A DNA stretch of 64,000 nucleotides, taken from the NCBI GenBank assembly GCA_001662655.1, contig KV460220.1; one strand, written 5' to 3'. The notes below the pieces were generated by a model. That model saw nothing but the letters and a program-made list of their open reading frames with translations, made no database searches and was not told the DNA's origin. Shown piece after piece: positions 11,955 to 24,237 of this stretch. The stretch's first letter is position 1, and each line of letters opens with the position of its first letter. The position numbers were made by a program, and so were the translations under genes. The stretch is from Pseudogymnoascus verrucosus (Eukaryota).

Positions 11955-14430
11955 TGTGCATCAAATGCGCTTGGCTGCATTAGGCAAGTGATTTGGGAGT
12001 GGAGCACAGGTACGCCTCTCAGATCACGATCGGCTCTCATTTGCCGTTCTGCCACGTTTGAGTAAGCCATCGCGGTCATCGCCGTGGGCGCTGACCTGTA
12101 GATGAAAGCAGGTCTGTAAAGTCTGCTCTTCTGTTGGTTGTGCTATACTGTAGGAGAAGAAGATTATTTACGGGCATGGATGGACTCGACCTAGGCCAGA
12201 TGCATGTGCAACTGTTGTCCAAGCGCCAAGACTATTTGAGAGAGCATATGAAATCCGTCCACAGGCAAAAATGCCTCAGCAGCAATGTACGGAGGAAGGT
12301 ACGGCAGGAAGGGACGTAACTTCCGAATTGACGCCAAACGCCCGGCCAAGATCGGAAGGCTGACTCTCCAAGAGCCTGGGGAAAGACTGAAAGATTGAGT
12401 ATACGATACATTCATTCAACGGCGCATACAACCTACAACGGCCATGTAACGACGATGCCATGGCGAACTCGAGGCTACGATGCGATGTTGCTTCTATCCT
12501 GCGAGTACCGTCTACAACTGCCCTCTCTCTCAGCTGTGGGGACAAGAAAATGAGACTACTGCAACTCACTCTTACAGCTCTGATCGTCCCCCTTTTCCGC
12601 ACCTAAGGCATGGGGGGGTGATACCACACTGGACGGAACAACAACGCATCCAACAGCGGAAAGGAAAGAAACGATGAGGCTAGCACGGACATGCTGCAAC
12701 GCTCGTGCAACGGGGATTCTGGGATGGGGATGGATGAGGATTGAACTCTTTCGCCGGCGGTATTCTTAGCGATTCCCCATTAACCCCCATTCAGAATGAT
12801 ACGGCCGTGTCCATAACAGGGAAGGTGGGCGGCATGGACCCTGAGGTGCGGGTACGGGCAGAACTTTACGGGGGAGGGTCGCGATTGGGTTCTGTCGATG
12901 GCTGGGGGAGGGGAGAAAAGCTGGGGACTAATCTCACGATGCCCTCATGCTCTCTTGCTCAACGGAGTCTGACCGAGAGAGCGCAAGGAGAAGGAAAGGA
13001 GGTCGGTTATGGATAGGAGAGATGAGAGCTGGGCAATGGAGAATAGAGAGAGACAAGCCGATGGACTCACTCCCTCCTCCTAAGACATGACCCAACACGC
13101 TTGGCCCATTTTCTCACCTCCTCATCTCAGCTCAACTCAAACAACCCACCATGCATCTGCCGCCATGGTGGGCCAAGATGAACTATGACTACTCCCTATG
13201 GAATGAGGGCTTTCGCGTATATGTCATGTATGTGTCTGTATTGCTGCACCCCACGCGACTGTACTTGTACATCCTTCGTCGACTCCCGCGGCACGCGCCC
13301 TCTGGTTTGACGGGTTTGAATGGCAAGTTGGCTGCCGCTTGTCTATGTGTGTGTGTGAGTTGAGCTGAACAGCAAGCCTGTTTACGTATCAGATGAGGCG
13401 TACGTTTGGTACACTCTTTGAGTGTATACACAGATTCCTTCGGGTCTTAACGGCTGCCGCCGATTGTCGTCGAAACAGGCATCATTATTCCTTTGACAAC
13501 AGCAATGAAGGACGAAGGAGAAGGGAGACGTGACAGCCGGTACAGATCAGAAGAAGCTATACTATACTATACTCTACTATACTATACTGATGCGGTACAT
13601 GCAATATCCCTATATCTCCATATATCTCCACCGAGTGCTTCAAGTACCTGGTATCGTGCTTGTACTGAAAGCGTATTGAAGTTGTATGAGTGGACTGTTT
13701 GCTGTAGTGGAGTACTTCCCTTCCTGCCCTGTACTATTCCATCCTATCCTATCCTATCCTATCTGTACTATTAGGTTATGTTTATGTCACGACCGCTCTC
13801 TCTGCCTCTCCCTACTCCGCCTATCTGCTTCCTCCAAAAAACTTACACTACCTACACCTACCACCTCCCCTACAAACTTCCTTCCCCCCCCCCAACAACT
13901 CCTCCCGTTGCATTTATGCGTCCTTGGTCCCTACTGCTCTCCGTCCCACACAAAGACTTCGCCATCCCCCCACCGGCACCCATGAACCTCTTCTTCCCTT
14001 TTGCTTCTTCCCTCTCCTCTTCTTCACAATTTCTTCGTCTTTGAGGCTGAAATCCTCATCGCCGCCATCCTGGTTGCCCATACCGCCCATTCGGTTGTTC
14101 TGCTGTTCACAGTAGGCGCCGTTCGGTGCTAAGGCTTCGCCACCCCAGCCTTGTCCCTCTCCTCTCATCTCCTCTCTATTCTCGGGCGTTGGATCGGATT
14201 CGTCTCAATATCACTTTTTGGAGTCCGCTGCCTGTATATACTCGGAAGAACTTCACCAAATACCCCAGATTTAGCTTTTGCTCCGTTTTCTGTTCTACTT
14301 CGCGAATTACACGACTCGGACTTTTTGTTCGACTCCGCGGTCACTCCGACCGCCTACAATAAATCAACCACCATATTGAAGTTGTCGCCTTCTTTCGGTC
14401 GTCCTCTGGACGGCCACCCATTGAGTGAGG

Positions 14431-15964
14431 ATGTTGATTGCTGGGGAGAAATTTGCTTGCGACGTATGAGACTCACTCTTCCATCGCTATTCTGAAGATA
14501 CTGACAATGACAGGCATGCGTCAGAGGCCACCGTGTAAGCAACTGTCAGCACGCTGGTATGCAACCTCGAAGCCATTGATTCAACCTCGAACCATGCTAA
14601 CAACTCGTAGACCGCGCCTTACAACATATTGCCAAAAAGGGCCGACCCGTTTCGCAGTGCACGCACTGTCGCACTCTCCGCAAGTCTCGCTCCGCTCATG
14701 TGAAGTGTGATTGTGGAGAGAAGATCCACAGCAAGGCTGCATGTACGCATGGAAAGGAGGATTCCAAGGGTGAGCTTTGTCTGAGCTCTGGGTGGCAGTT
14801 GTGGCCCGCATTCTGATACATTTAGATACGTGCTGTTGCAGTCATGGAGGCCGTTGCGCCTGCGCATTGAAGAAGGAATACCTCGAAGCAGTACCCGAGT
14901 CCGAGTCGGATGAAGGGTCAATTCCCGAATCTACAGAGATTCGCCGTCCTCGTGCCCATACCGGACAATCGGAGAGCACTGGCTTGACCGTGCTCGCCAA
15001 TGGTCACCACAAGTCCGCTCACAAGCATACCCACATGGCACATAAGAAATGCGGACACCCATATGTCGTACCTCGCCCACACCCAATTCAAGGCTCAACC
15101 TCGACAGGACTAGCCAACCGTTCCGTCGATAATCTACCGCATTTGAGCAACGTTGAGGCTCTTCATGGCGAGTCACACATCAAGGACTCGATCGTCAGTG
15201 CTCGCCAAGAGCAGAGGAAGATCAAATCGGAACATGGCTCCCCTGTCGCGGGTCCGAGCTCCCTCGAGGAATTAAACAGTCATCTACCACCACTTGACCT
15301 TACCAACGTGGAAAGCTTCCCCGACTTTGGCTTTCCAATTTCTCTCGACAACTATGGGCTTCTTCAGGATATCGATCAGCCTATCTTTTCGGCCGGGTTG
15401 ACTGCAACATCTATCGATTGGTCTCACTATGACGGACTCGACTTCAACAATGACAGCTTTGCTGCACCAGCCTTTAGTCAAGCCGCATCCTACACCGGAT
15501 TCGAGTTCGGCAGCCTTGAGCACCCAGCACTGACAACGACGTCAACGTCTGGGGAGATCTCTGAAGTCGAAGACGCAGGTCTTTACATGGACATTGGCAA
15601 CAATGGCATGGCCCAGACAACCAAGTACGGCTCAGACTACTCTGAGACCGGCGAGAATGAGCTCTACCGCCTACCAACCGACTCGTCCTACCACAGCGTC
15701 CAGAACCAGATGCTATCAACTCCCGTGACGTCCATCGACTTCGACGAGCTCCTCAAGACCGCCGCGGCGAACTCCTACCTCGACACGAATCACGGCCTCC
15801 CCATGCCATTCACAGACAACAAATACCTCCCCTCCGCCTTCGACGCGCCCTTCACCCTACCAGCCGACGACGACGCCGCCTGGATGGCCCCCTACATGCC
15901 CAACCAGGGCGCGCACCACCCCAACGTGGCGGAACCGCACGACCACAGGGTCTGGGACCAATAA
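14431..15964 (+). CDS. Copper-fist transcription factor (Ace1/AceA/Haa1 type)
   Basis: Spliced N-terminus MLIAGEKFACDACVRGHRVSNCQHADRALQHIAKKGRPVSQCTHCRTLRKSRSAHVKCDCGEK (introns 14464-14513, 14557-14610, ~14770-14826), then CCCSHGGRCAC and an acidic activation region. Confidence 0.9.
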
Positions 15965-16779
15965 CAAGCGTGGAAGGGCAGCAGGCCTGTCGGGGCGTGC
16001 GCCTTGGCGACGACGGCTCACCATGCTTCCTCCCTTTCCCTGGAGGACCCATGCGCCTGAGCAAAGACGGCGAGCGGCTAGGGGCGGCTGGAATTGGGGG
16101 GTTGGGTGATATTTGAATTTTTTTGTGGTTTTTGTGGTTTTGCTTGATGTTTTCTTTGTTTAACGCATACGCGGTGGAATGAATGTGATTCATGATTGGA
16201 ATTTTAGATGATTATGAAGTGGGAGCTATAGATTTGCTGTGCTGATAATGCAATTCGTATTCAGCCCGCCTTTTTCGTATTCGTGTTTTTTTCCGTCTTG
16301 TCGCCCTTGCAGGTGTGTTCCGTGATGACTGATGGTACTGTGATGACTGATGATGTCTGCGTATTTGGCCCCCACCTCGCCAAGTCGCCGTTTTTTTGTG
16401 CAACTACAACTACTGACTGCCTATCTGCAGTGATGGCGGGAGTATAACGGTTTATAGCATGTACGACAGTGCAGCGCCGCAGTGTAAGGTGGCACAATCA
16501 CCATCCGCTGCGGAACCATGCGAACAGCGCCATACTCACTACTGGCGCCCAGCATTACATGCATATAGCCGCCTGCCAACCCTTGAAAGGGATTGGAATA
16601 CATGTCACTAAGACCTACAGCAGGTGAATACATATATTGTATGAGAGAGACACTACTCGTCAATAAATGCGCATTTTTTGGCGGGTAAACTTTGAAAAGG
16701 AGAGTCTTCCTTGAGTCGAAGGAGAGCAGTTGAATCTCAAATAGAAAGCGCACGTGATAGGAATAATATCAATAGTGGG

Positions 16780-17165
16780 AATAGTAGAGCGCTTTACTAT
16801 TTCTAACTATTCATTTTAGCACTGTGCTATATTATATAAGTATATAGTAGATCGTCAATTCCAACTTTTAAGGTTCTAACCGTGCGATGGATAATCGCCC
16901 ATCTTAGTGAGCTTGAAATATAAAGACTATCTATTAATGGGAAGGAACGTCCTATAAAATAGTTAAATACAATCGTTATTTCCCCTTAGTATTTTAATGA
17001 GGAAAGAGCAACGGGCTGTAGAAGGAAGGAACGACTAGCTAAACTATGTGAGGAAGGAACGACGGTGTTAAAATGGGAAAGAACGACTAGCTGAGTGAGG
17101 AAGGAACGACTGTGTAAAAAGAGAAAGAACGATCGTGTGTAGCTGTATTTTTTCGTTCCTTATAT
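16780..17165. repeat. AT-rich segment with degenerate ~6x GAA(G/A)GAACG(A) repeats; possible transposon-end relic
   Basis: ggaaggaacgtc, aggaaggaacgactagct, aggaaggaacgacggtgt, ggaaagaacgactagct, aggaaggaacgactgtgt, agaaagaacgatcgtgt within ~16938-17140, plus an inverted copy (tcgttcctt) near 17153. TpA-rich flanks. Confidence 0.45.
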
Positions 17166-17414
17166 AGATGAGAAGGCTAGATTTTATATCATACGGTTGG
17201 TATAGACCTCAGTTAGAGGGATGATGCACTCAGCTCCATACTGCGCAGTGGCTTCCGCCGCTACGGCTATAGGAGGGCGACCAGTTCGGACACAATGATT
17301 ACGTTGAGTTGTAATTAATTTTAGAAATAGTAAAATTAGTTAAATCTGAACCAGTATATATATGATGCTTCAATGAAGGTCCTAAGTTACTTGTACATTT
17401 TCATCCCAATCCAT

Positions 17415-20400
17415 CTAATTAGCAATCATTTGATTGAGGACGTTTGCACGATAGGTCTCCGACCTATTGAAGAGCTCATTGTGCGTACCCGCATCTGCAC
17501 ACTGTCCGGCTTCGATCAAGAAAATGACGTCGGCGTGACGAATGGTATTCAGACGATGTGCTATGACTAGAACAGTAATGCCTTGTGTCGCGATTCTCAA
17601 GTTCTCCTGCAAGACCTTCTCGGTCTCTGCGTCCAGCGCGCTGGTCGGCTCATCGAGGATCAGTAGCCTGGGCTTGCGGATCAGAGCACGGGCGATTGCC
17701 AATCTATGCTTCTGTCCAGTCGAGAGTTGGCTTCCATTGGCGCCGCATAATGTATCGTAGCCCTGCGGCAGCTTGTCAATCGTGTCGTGGATGCTGGCTA
17801 GCTTGCATGCCTCGATCATGTCCTCGTCCGAGACCGAGGATCCGGGACGTGCACCTAATGAGAGGTTGAAACGTATTGTGCCGTCGAAGAGCACGCCGTC
17901 TTGCGGCACGAGGGCTATGTCGTCCCGGAAGGATATCCCTTTTTGTTTCGTGATGTCTACTCCATCAATGTAGATCTCCCCATGGCTGGGAACATACATG
18001 CGCTCCACAAGCGATGTAATGGTGGACTTACCCGCGCCAGAGGGTCCCACGAGCCCAGCAAACTGGCCAGGCTGAACGTGCACACTCAGACCGGAAAGAG
18101 CTGGGGCAGACTGGCGACCTGGGTAGGCGAAATGGACGTTTTGTAACTTAACCTCCGTGCCACCTTCTCTGTGTGGCAATGGCCCCTTGGTTTCTGCAAC
18201 GGCTTCGACGTCTTGTTTCTTGTCTCCCGGCCGCCCTTGGGCGTCGGATCCGGATGATCCCAATTCAATCACATTGACGACTCGTGCAACGGCCCCGCGA
18301 GCGTTGGAAATCTCGGGAGCGAGCGCGAACATTTGGCTCCAAAGCTGTGCGCTTACTAGGAGAGAGAATACGACCATGATGAACTCCGTCTGGCTGTACC
18401 TGCCGCTGAAGACTTGCTTGGACCCCCACCAGAATCCTAGTGCAAATGCTAGGTTTCCGACTAAGTACTGAAGAGCGAGCCAGAGACTGGTATATAAGCT
18501 GACGGCAGTCACCTCCTTTCGGGGCCCATCCAGAGTACTGCGATAAACTCCTAGAATCTCATGTTCGAGCGCTAGTGCGGCAACGGTTTTGATGGAGTTG
18601 ACGGCTTCGACGCTGATTCCGACGGACTCGTTGAAGGCTTTCTCGTGTTTCTCTGTGAATCGGGCAAGAGCACGTAGCTGTGCAAGCCCAACCCCTAGAA
18701 GAATCGGCACAATGGCGAGACATACTAGGGAGATACGCCAGGCTATTATCAGTGTCATGATGACAGCCGCAACTAGATTAATGCATATCGACAAGACAGT
18801 GCCGATGATGGACCCACTAAGGCCGGCAATCTGATTCCCGTCGTTGGTGATGAGTGCGAGCAGGCTGGACGGCGTACGGCCCGCAGACTGGTGCCACTGC
18901 ACATCTTGCTCGAAGAGAGCGCGGAACACGGACGTGCGGATAGCGTAGATGGCATCCTCAGAGACCCGGCCAAAGCCGACCCAGCTTATAACGTTGGCGA
19001 AAAACTCAATGATGGCCAGCACGAAGAACAAGAGTCCATAGAGGCGACCACTGGATCGAATGTGATCGGGGGTGCCACATGGACTTAGCCCACTGACGGT
19101 GTGGCCAAAGATAACAGCATCGGCACAGTAAGCTCCGCCGACAATACTGGCCGCTGCGAGAGCAACGACTGCGACCAGAGCGTTGGGGCGTATATAGCGC
19201 GACATATTGCTAATCAAGTACCCAAGAGATTGGTTCACCGGTGGCTCATCTTCTTCAGAAGCGGAATCAGACATTGACGGCATCCTCTTCTCAAGACTTT
19301 CCTTGGCCACATCGGCAGAGATATCTCCTTTGTCCGTGCTCTCAAGGCCGTAGTCAGCTTTCTCAACGGCAGTCGCACCACCTATTGACCCGTCTTGACT
19401 AGACCGCTGCTCTGGGGACTCTGTATCTAGGTTTTGCAGATTGACAAGGCTAGCGTATGCGCCTTGTTTGCTCATTAGTTCTGCCGGACTGCCTTCTTCC
19501 ACGATGCAGCCGTTCTTCATGACAATAATTTTGTCTGCCTTCTGAATTGTGGAGAGGCGATGAGCTACCGAGATGACTGTGCGACCTTCCGAACAACGAT
19601 CGAGGGCCGCGAGAATTTCTTTCTCGCTCTGGGAGTCGAGAGATGCTGTGGCTTCGTCGAGAATAAGGATCTGGGGATCCTTGACCATGCTCCTAGCGAT
19701 GGCAATACGCTGCCTTTGACCTCCGCTAAGACGTGTGCCACTAGACCCAACGATGGTGCCTAGGCCCTCTGGCATTTCGCTGATGAATCGCTCGGCGTCT
19801 GCAATCCCAGCTGCGTGCTGAATCATGCCGAGAATCTCTACCACTATCGGGCCTTCCTCTATAGCAGCCTCTGTTGCGTCGCGACCCCTTCTGATAGCGG
19901 CCGCTAGGGAGCGGAGTTGTGGCCCAAGCAATGTTTCGCCGAGATGTTCATGTTCGGGGACCGCAGAGTTGACTAAACCGTGAGCGATATTCTCCAAAAT
20001 CGATCGATCGAGTAATGTCGATTCCTGCTGGACAATGCCGATCAAACTTCGAACCTGACGCACATTCAGGTCGCGGAGGTCATGGCCGTCTAAGAGGACC
20101 GTACCCTCTGTTGGGTCGTACAATCGGAGCAACAAACTGGTTACAGTGGACTTTCCGCTACCAGAAAAACCAACCAGGGCCGTCTTTTTGCCAGCTGGAA
20201 GTTCCAAAGATACGTTCTGGAGGACATTTTGCTCTGATCGGGACGGATAGGAGAAGGTGACGTTCTCCAGCTTGAACTGACCCACAGTGACGTTCTCCAG
20301 TCGAAGGCCAGTGTCTGACGTTCCATCAATCCTTGATGGTCTGTCCATATCTTTCTTGAGTTTGGCGAAGGATGCAGAAGCTGCCGCAAAGATGGCTAGG

Positions 20401-21550
20401 TATGGAGTCATTTGGCTCAGAACAAGGGTAGCTATTCAAGAGGATTATCAATTAGCACTGTTTTTTTACGTGAAGAAAAGCGTTCGTTGCGCTCAAAGAA
20501 GACTCACCATTGACCAGAAGAAAAATCACTGTGAAAACGGACCCCACCGTCGATCCTGTCCCATTACTTGCCACTGAATCCGCAATCATGTGGCTACCTT
20601 GCCAGAAAGCCAATGCATCAGCGGCGTAGGCAATAAAGAAGATCAAGCCAGCCTGGATGCCGCTGACGAGGGCCTTCTTAAGACCATCCTTCCTGGCTAA
20701 GCTAATGTGCGACGAGAAGTTTGCTTCTAGCTTATCGCTTGCATTGAATGCGTGCACAACAGCAACATTGGACAGAGCCTCGGAGGCTACGGCCGAACCT
20801 GCTGAAAAGTGATCTGATACCTGAGAAGAGTACTTCTTGATGAAATATCCGCCTACAAGTGACATGGAGAAGTAGGCCGGCACCAAAGAAACCAAGATCC
20901 CAGCGAGCTTTGGAATCTTGATAAAAGCGATGATATACGCGGTGACGAAGAAAGATATGCTCGAAAGGTAGATCCCGACCTTCTCTGAGGTGCCCATGCG
21001 GATCATGGTAATGTCGCCATTGAGTCGCGACGACACTTCACCGCCGGGATGGTCGTCAAAGAAGGCTGGCTCCTTGTGAAGCAGGCTTCGGAGATACTGC
21101 TCGCGCAGACGTTGAGCCAGCCTGGCGCCTCCCAGTGACCAACTCACTAGGTGGATGTAGACGAAGCCGAACTGGGCAATGGCGAGATAAATTATATAGA
21201 GAACCTTAAAGTTCACATCGGATTGGTAGTCAGCGCCCGATGTCGCCTCGACGGCGCAGCTCTCGGCGTTGAAGTCATCGAGGAGCTGGCCAAAGATGAT
21301 GCCTAGCAGCGGAAATGGAATTCCAGAAGCAATGGCGCTGATTATACCAGTAACGAAGAGAAGAGTGTCGAGTTTTGATGGCTCTGTTTGAACAAAAATA
21401 GCGAAGTACGCAAACGTTTTCTTAAGCCGCGACCAAGGGGTCAACTAGATACCTATGTCAATACCACTCAACCTGCGAGTAGAATCATTAACTTACGGCT
21501 GTGGCATCGCTAGCGGCTATGGGCTTCTCTGTTGATATAGCGTCCGCCAT
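17415..21550 (-). CDS. Full-length ABC-B (MDR/P-glycoprotein-type) transporter associated with the siderophore cluster
   Basis: TMD-NBD-TMD-NBD layout. Walker A GFSGSGKST and GPSGAGKST, signatures LSGGQRQR and LSTGQKHR, Walker B ILILDE. ATG 21550, introns 21445-21496 and 20432-20507. Confidence 0.93.
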
Positions 21551-22784
21551 GGCTGCAGCACGCCCTTGCACTCTTGGTGTTTCCAGTAGAGACGTGTGTT
21601 ATATCCAGTGGGCACTGCGGCAACCTAATTGATTCATGGAGCTTAAAAGAATGATAACGGTCGATCAAAAATTACGTTCCATAAGGCTACCATACTCTGT
21701 CTCCAAAGATGAGGTAGTTTATTTTGATTTTAAGAATTGCTTCGAGGGTAGAGGTTTGGTGTGTCACGTGGAGTGGTGGAACCCCTCACGTCTTATACTG
21801 CAGATCCATTATAAGCCAAGACCCGACGATGAGTCCCGAAGCGATGTCGGATGGTGAGATAATATTAGTGCTTCAGTTGGGGCGCATCCAACCCCCCAAC
21901 GGTGGCCGCAGCTGTGTTCCTTCGGAGAGAAAGGGGGTTCGGCGTTGCTATCCCTGGAAAGAGCCACTCGGAGATAAGATTGATTGATTAGATTAAGGTG
22001 GATGAGCAAATCGTTCCTACGTTAGGCTAGCTACAGTAGGGTATGCTGTCCGTCTGTGGCAGGATTGACACTGCACCGCTCAGTAGCGGAGACTGGGATA
22101 CGAGTCATATTACCTTATCCCTATTCTTCCTCTTTCTATTACTTGCCGCCAAGGGCACCACTTCGGCATCAACCTAGGGAATGGCGACGAAATGGTACGG
22201 TCGATCAGTCGGACGCTGCACATGTGGGCGACCTGATTGATTAGATTAGATGAGCAGATTATCAGAAGGTTCTCGCCGGTTATTACATTAGCCTCTGCTC
22301 TCTCTCTCATCCTTGACTGTGATATTCCTGATCTCCTTGACTCCCTTACTATACGCATCTATAAGGGGGATACGACATGGTTGATCTCAACTTCAAATGC
22401 AAAACCTGCATACATGTGCACAGCGCACCGAATCCTTCTTGGAAATATGGGCCATCAAGGATCATTCCGAAGATGACCTACAATGCAGATCAAGGTGATG
22501 GAATTGTTGTGGTTCACGATGGAAAATTGAACACGAGGCAAAGATGACAGTATCTCACGTTGCTCACTGCTGGATCTGTCGTAGCTCTGTCAATCCATGC
22601 TGTCTATGCATGCCCATGACCTTGCGAGCTCAAGTCGACGCTGCCTATATTGTAAAAGTATAAGAGATGGTCGAGCAGTACACAGCAATCTCGCAAATTT
22701 GTAAATAGCTGAGGACATATTCAAAGAACGAAGACGCAAAACGAGACAGCACAAATCTTACCTATAGCCATCGCATCAGACACC

Positions 22785-23441
22785 ATGACCCTTCCACAAG
22801 GAACTCTGCGCACTGCGCGCCTCGAGCTACGACCCCTCGGCCCTGAGCACGAGGAACTCACCAGGAAACTGGACTTTGATCCAGATGTCATGAAATACGT
22901 TCTGTTCGGTAGAGCGTTGACACTCGACGAGTCGATTGAGACACATAAATGGCTGCTTAATGCGGCAACAATTGTCCCTGGGCTCGGATGCTGGGCCGGC
23001 TACGTTGGCGACGACTTTGTTGGCTGGTGGGTTCTCGCGCCATCCCAAAGTAATGCAGGACAAGATGGACCTCCACAATGCAACAGGGAGCGAGCGGAAT
23101 TTGGCTGGAGACTGTTGCCGAAGTTTTGGAGAAAAGGGTACGCGAAGGAAGGTTCATTCGAGCTGCTGAGACATGCCTTCCAAGACTTGGGCCTGAAGGA
23201 AGTGGGTGGAGACACCATGTCAGTCAACGCTGGTTCTCAGGCGACAATGGCATCTTGTGGAATGAAGAAAGTTCGCACATACTATACCAAGTACGATAAC
23301 CCTCCTCCTGGAATCGAGGATGGTGAAGTGGAATATGTTATCACCAAGGACGAGTGGAAGGCGCAACACGACAAGAACTACGAGTCTCCGAACCATACGC
23401 AACCTCTTGTGCAGAGCATGCGTGCACAAGAGACTGTGTAG
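22785..23441 (+). CDS. sidG: GNAT N2-acetyltransferase converting fusarinine C to triacetylfusarinine C (SidG-like)
   Basis: RimJ-type GNAT (LRTARLELRPLG...FWRKGYAKE...TMSVNAGSQATM...KYDNPPPGIEDGEV) closely resembling A. fumigatus SidG as I recall it. Adjacent to mirB and estB homologues. Confidence 0.82.
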   Translation: MTLPQGTLRTARLELRPLGPEHEELTRKLDFDPDVMKYVLFGRALTLDESIETHKWLLNAATIVPGLGCWAGYVGDDFVGWWVLAPSQSNAGQDGPPQCNRERAEFGWRLLPKFWRKGYAKEGSFELLRHAFQDLGLKEVGGDTMSVNAGSQATMASCGMKKVRTYYTKYDNPPPGIEDGEVEYVITKDEWKAQHDKNYESPNHTQPLVQSMRAQETV

Positions 23442-24237
23442 TTAGGTGCTTTTGGGCCGTCATGATACGGGTATGGTCGGGAAGAGTTTGACAAATCCTA
23501 GCAAGGAATAAGCATATGAGTCGGAATGGATCCGGAATGGACAGACAACATGATCCTAGAGAGGCTGGGAACAACCTGCAAACTCGTATCAAATATAGTT
23601 ACCTCACAATACACAAAGTCACTCTCAAATCACACGTCAGATCGTATGGTGCATAAAGTACGAGTGGGGGGCGTCAGTTGAATTGGCCGACGGGTATATC
23701 TCGGGCTTCTTTGTACGGTGTAGCGGGAGGGGCGTAGTGGGGCCGGCCAGGCCCGCTTTAAGGATCTGATTAGCGTTTCGGCCAACAAATTTTCCTTGCA
23801 ACCATATCTAATCAAATGATCAATCAGATTAGATGCAACCTGAAGGTCTCAGCCCCTTGGCATTGTTGGTGATCTCAGCGATCCCTACCAAAACAACCTC
23901 CCAAGCCAACATCCCTCAGGGATATCACCAACCACGGCGCGTAGGGTGGAAATAAAATCTTCCTGAGCATGTGTTCGCTCAAAAGGGGCTAGGTCGTGAC
24001 TGATCAATTTACTAACTGTAACCCCCACTCGTCTCCCTACCATCCGGTCTCGGGATCATGTCGACCACGAGGTCTCCATGGGCGTAATCTCAGACACTGT
24101 CGTGCGCGACGTCTGCGGAGCTAGCCGAACCCGGGAGCCGCATATACTGCTATCATGGTCCTTGCAGCCCTCGATATTTATTTGAGAGCTCTCTCTTGCA
24201 TACAACTTGCGTTTTTATCTATATCTATTTGAGATCA

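Noticed and set aside
10000..14400. Numerous short ORFs in the long intergenic region
   Set aside because: No recognisable domains, low-complexity or microsatellite sequence such as (CTATA)n, and overlapping frames on both strands.
16938..17160. CRISPR-like repeat-spacer array
   Set aside because: Eukaryotic context, short degenerate repeats, irregular and mutually similar spacers, and no cas genes.
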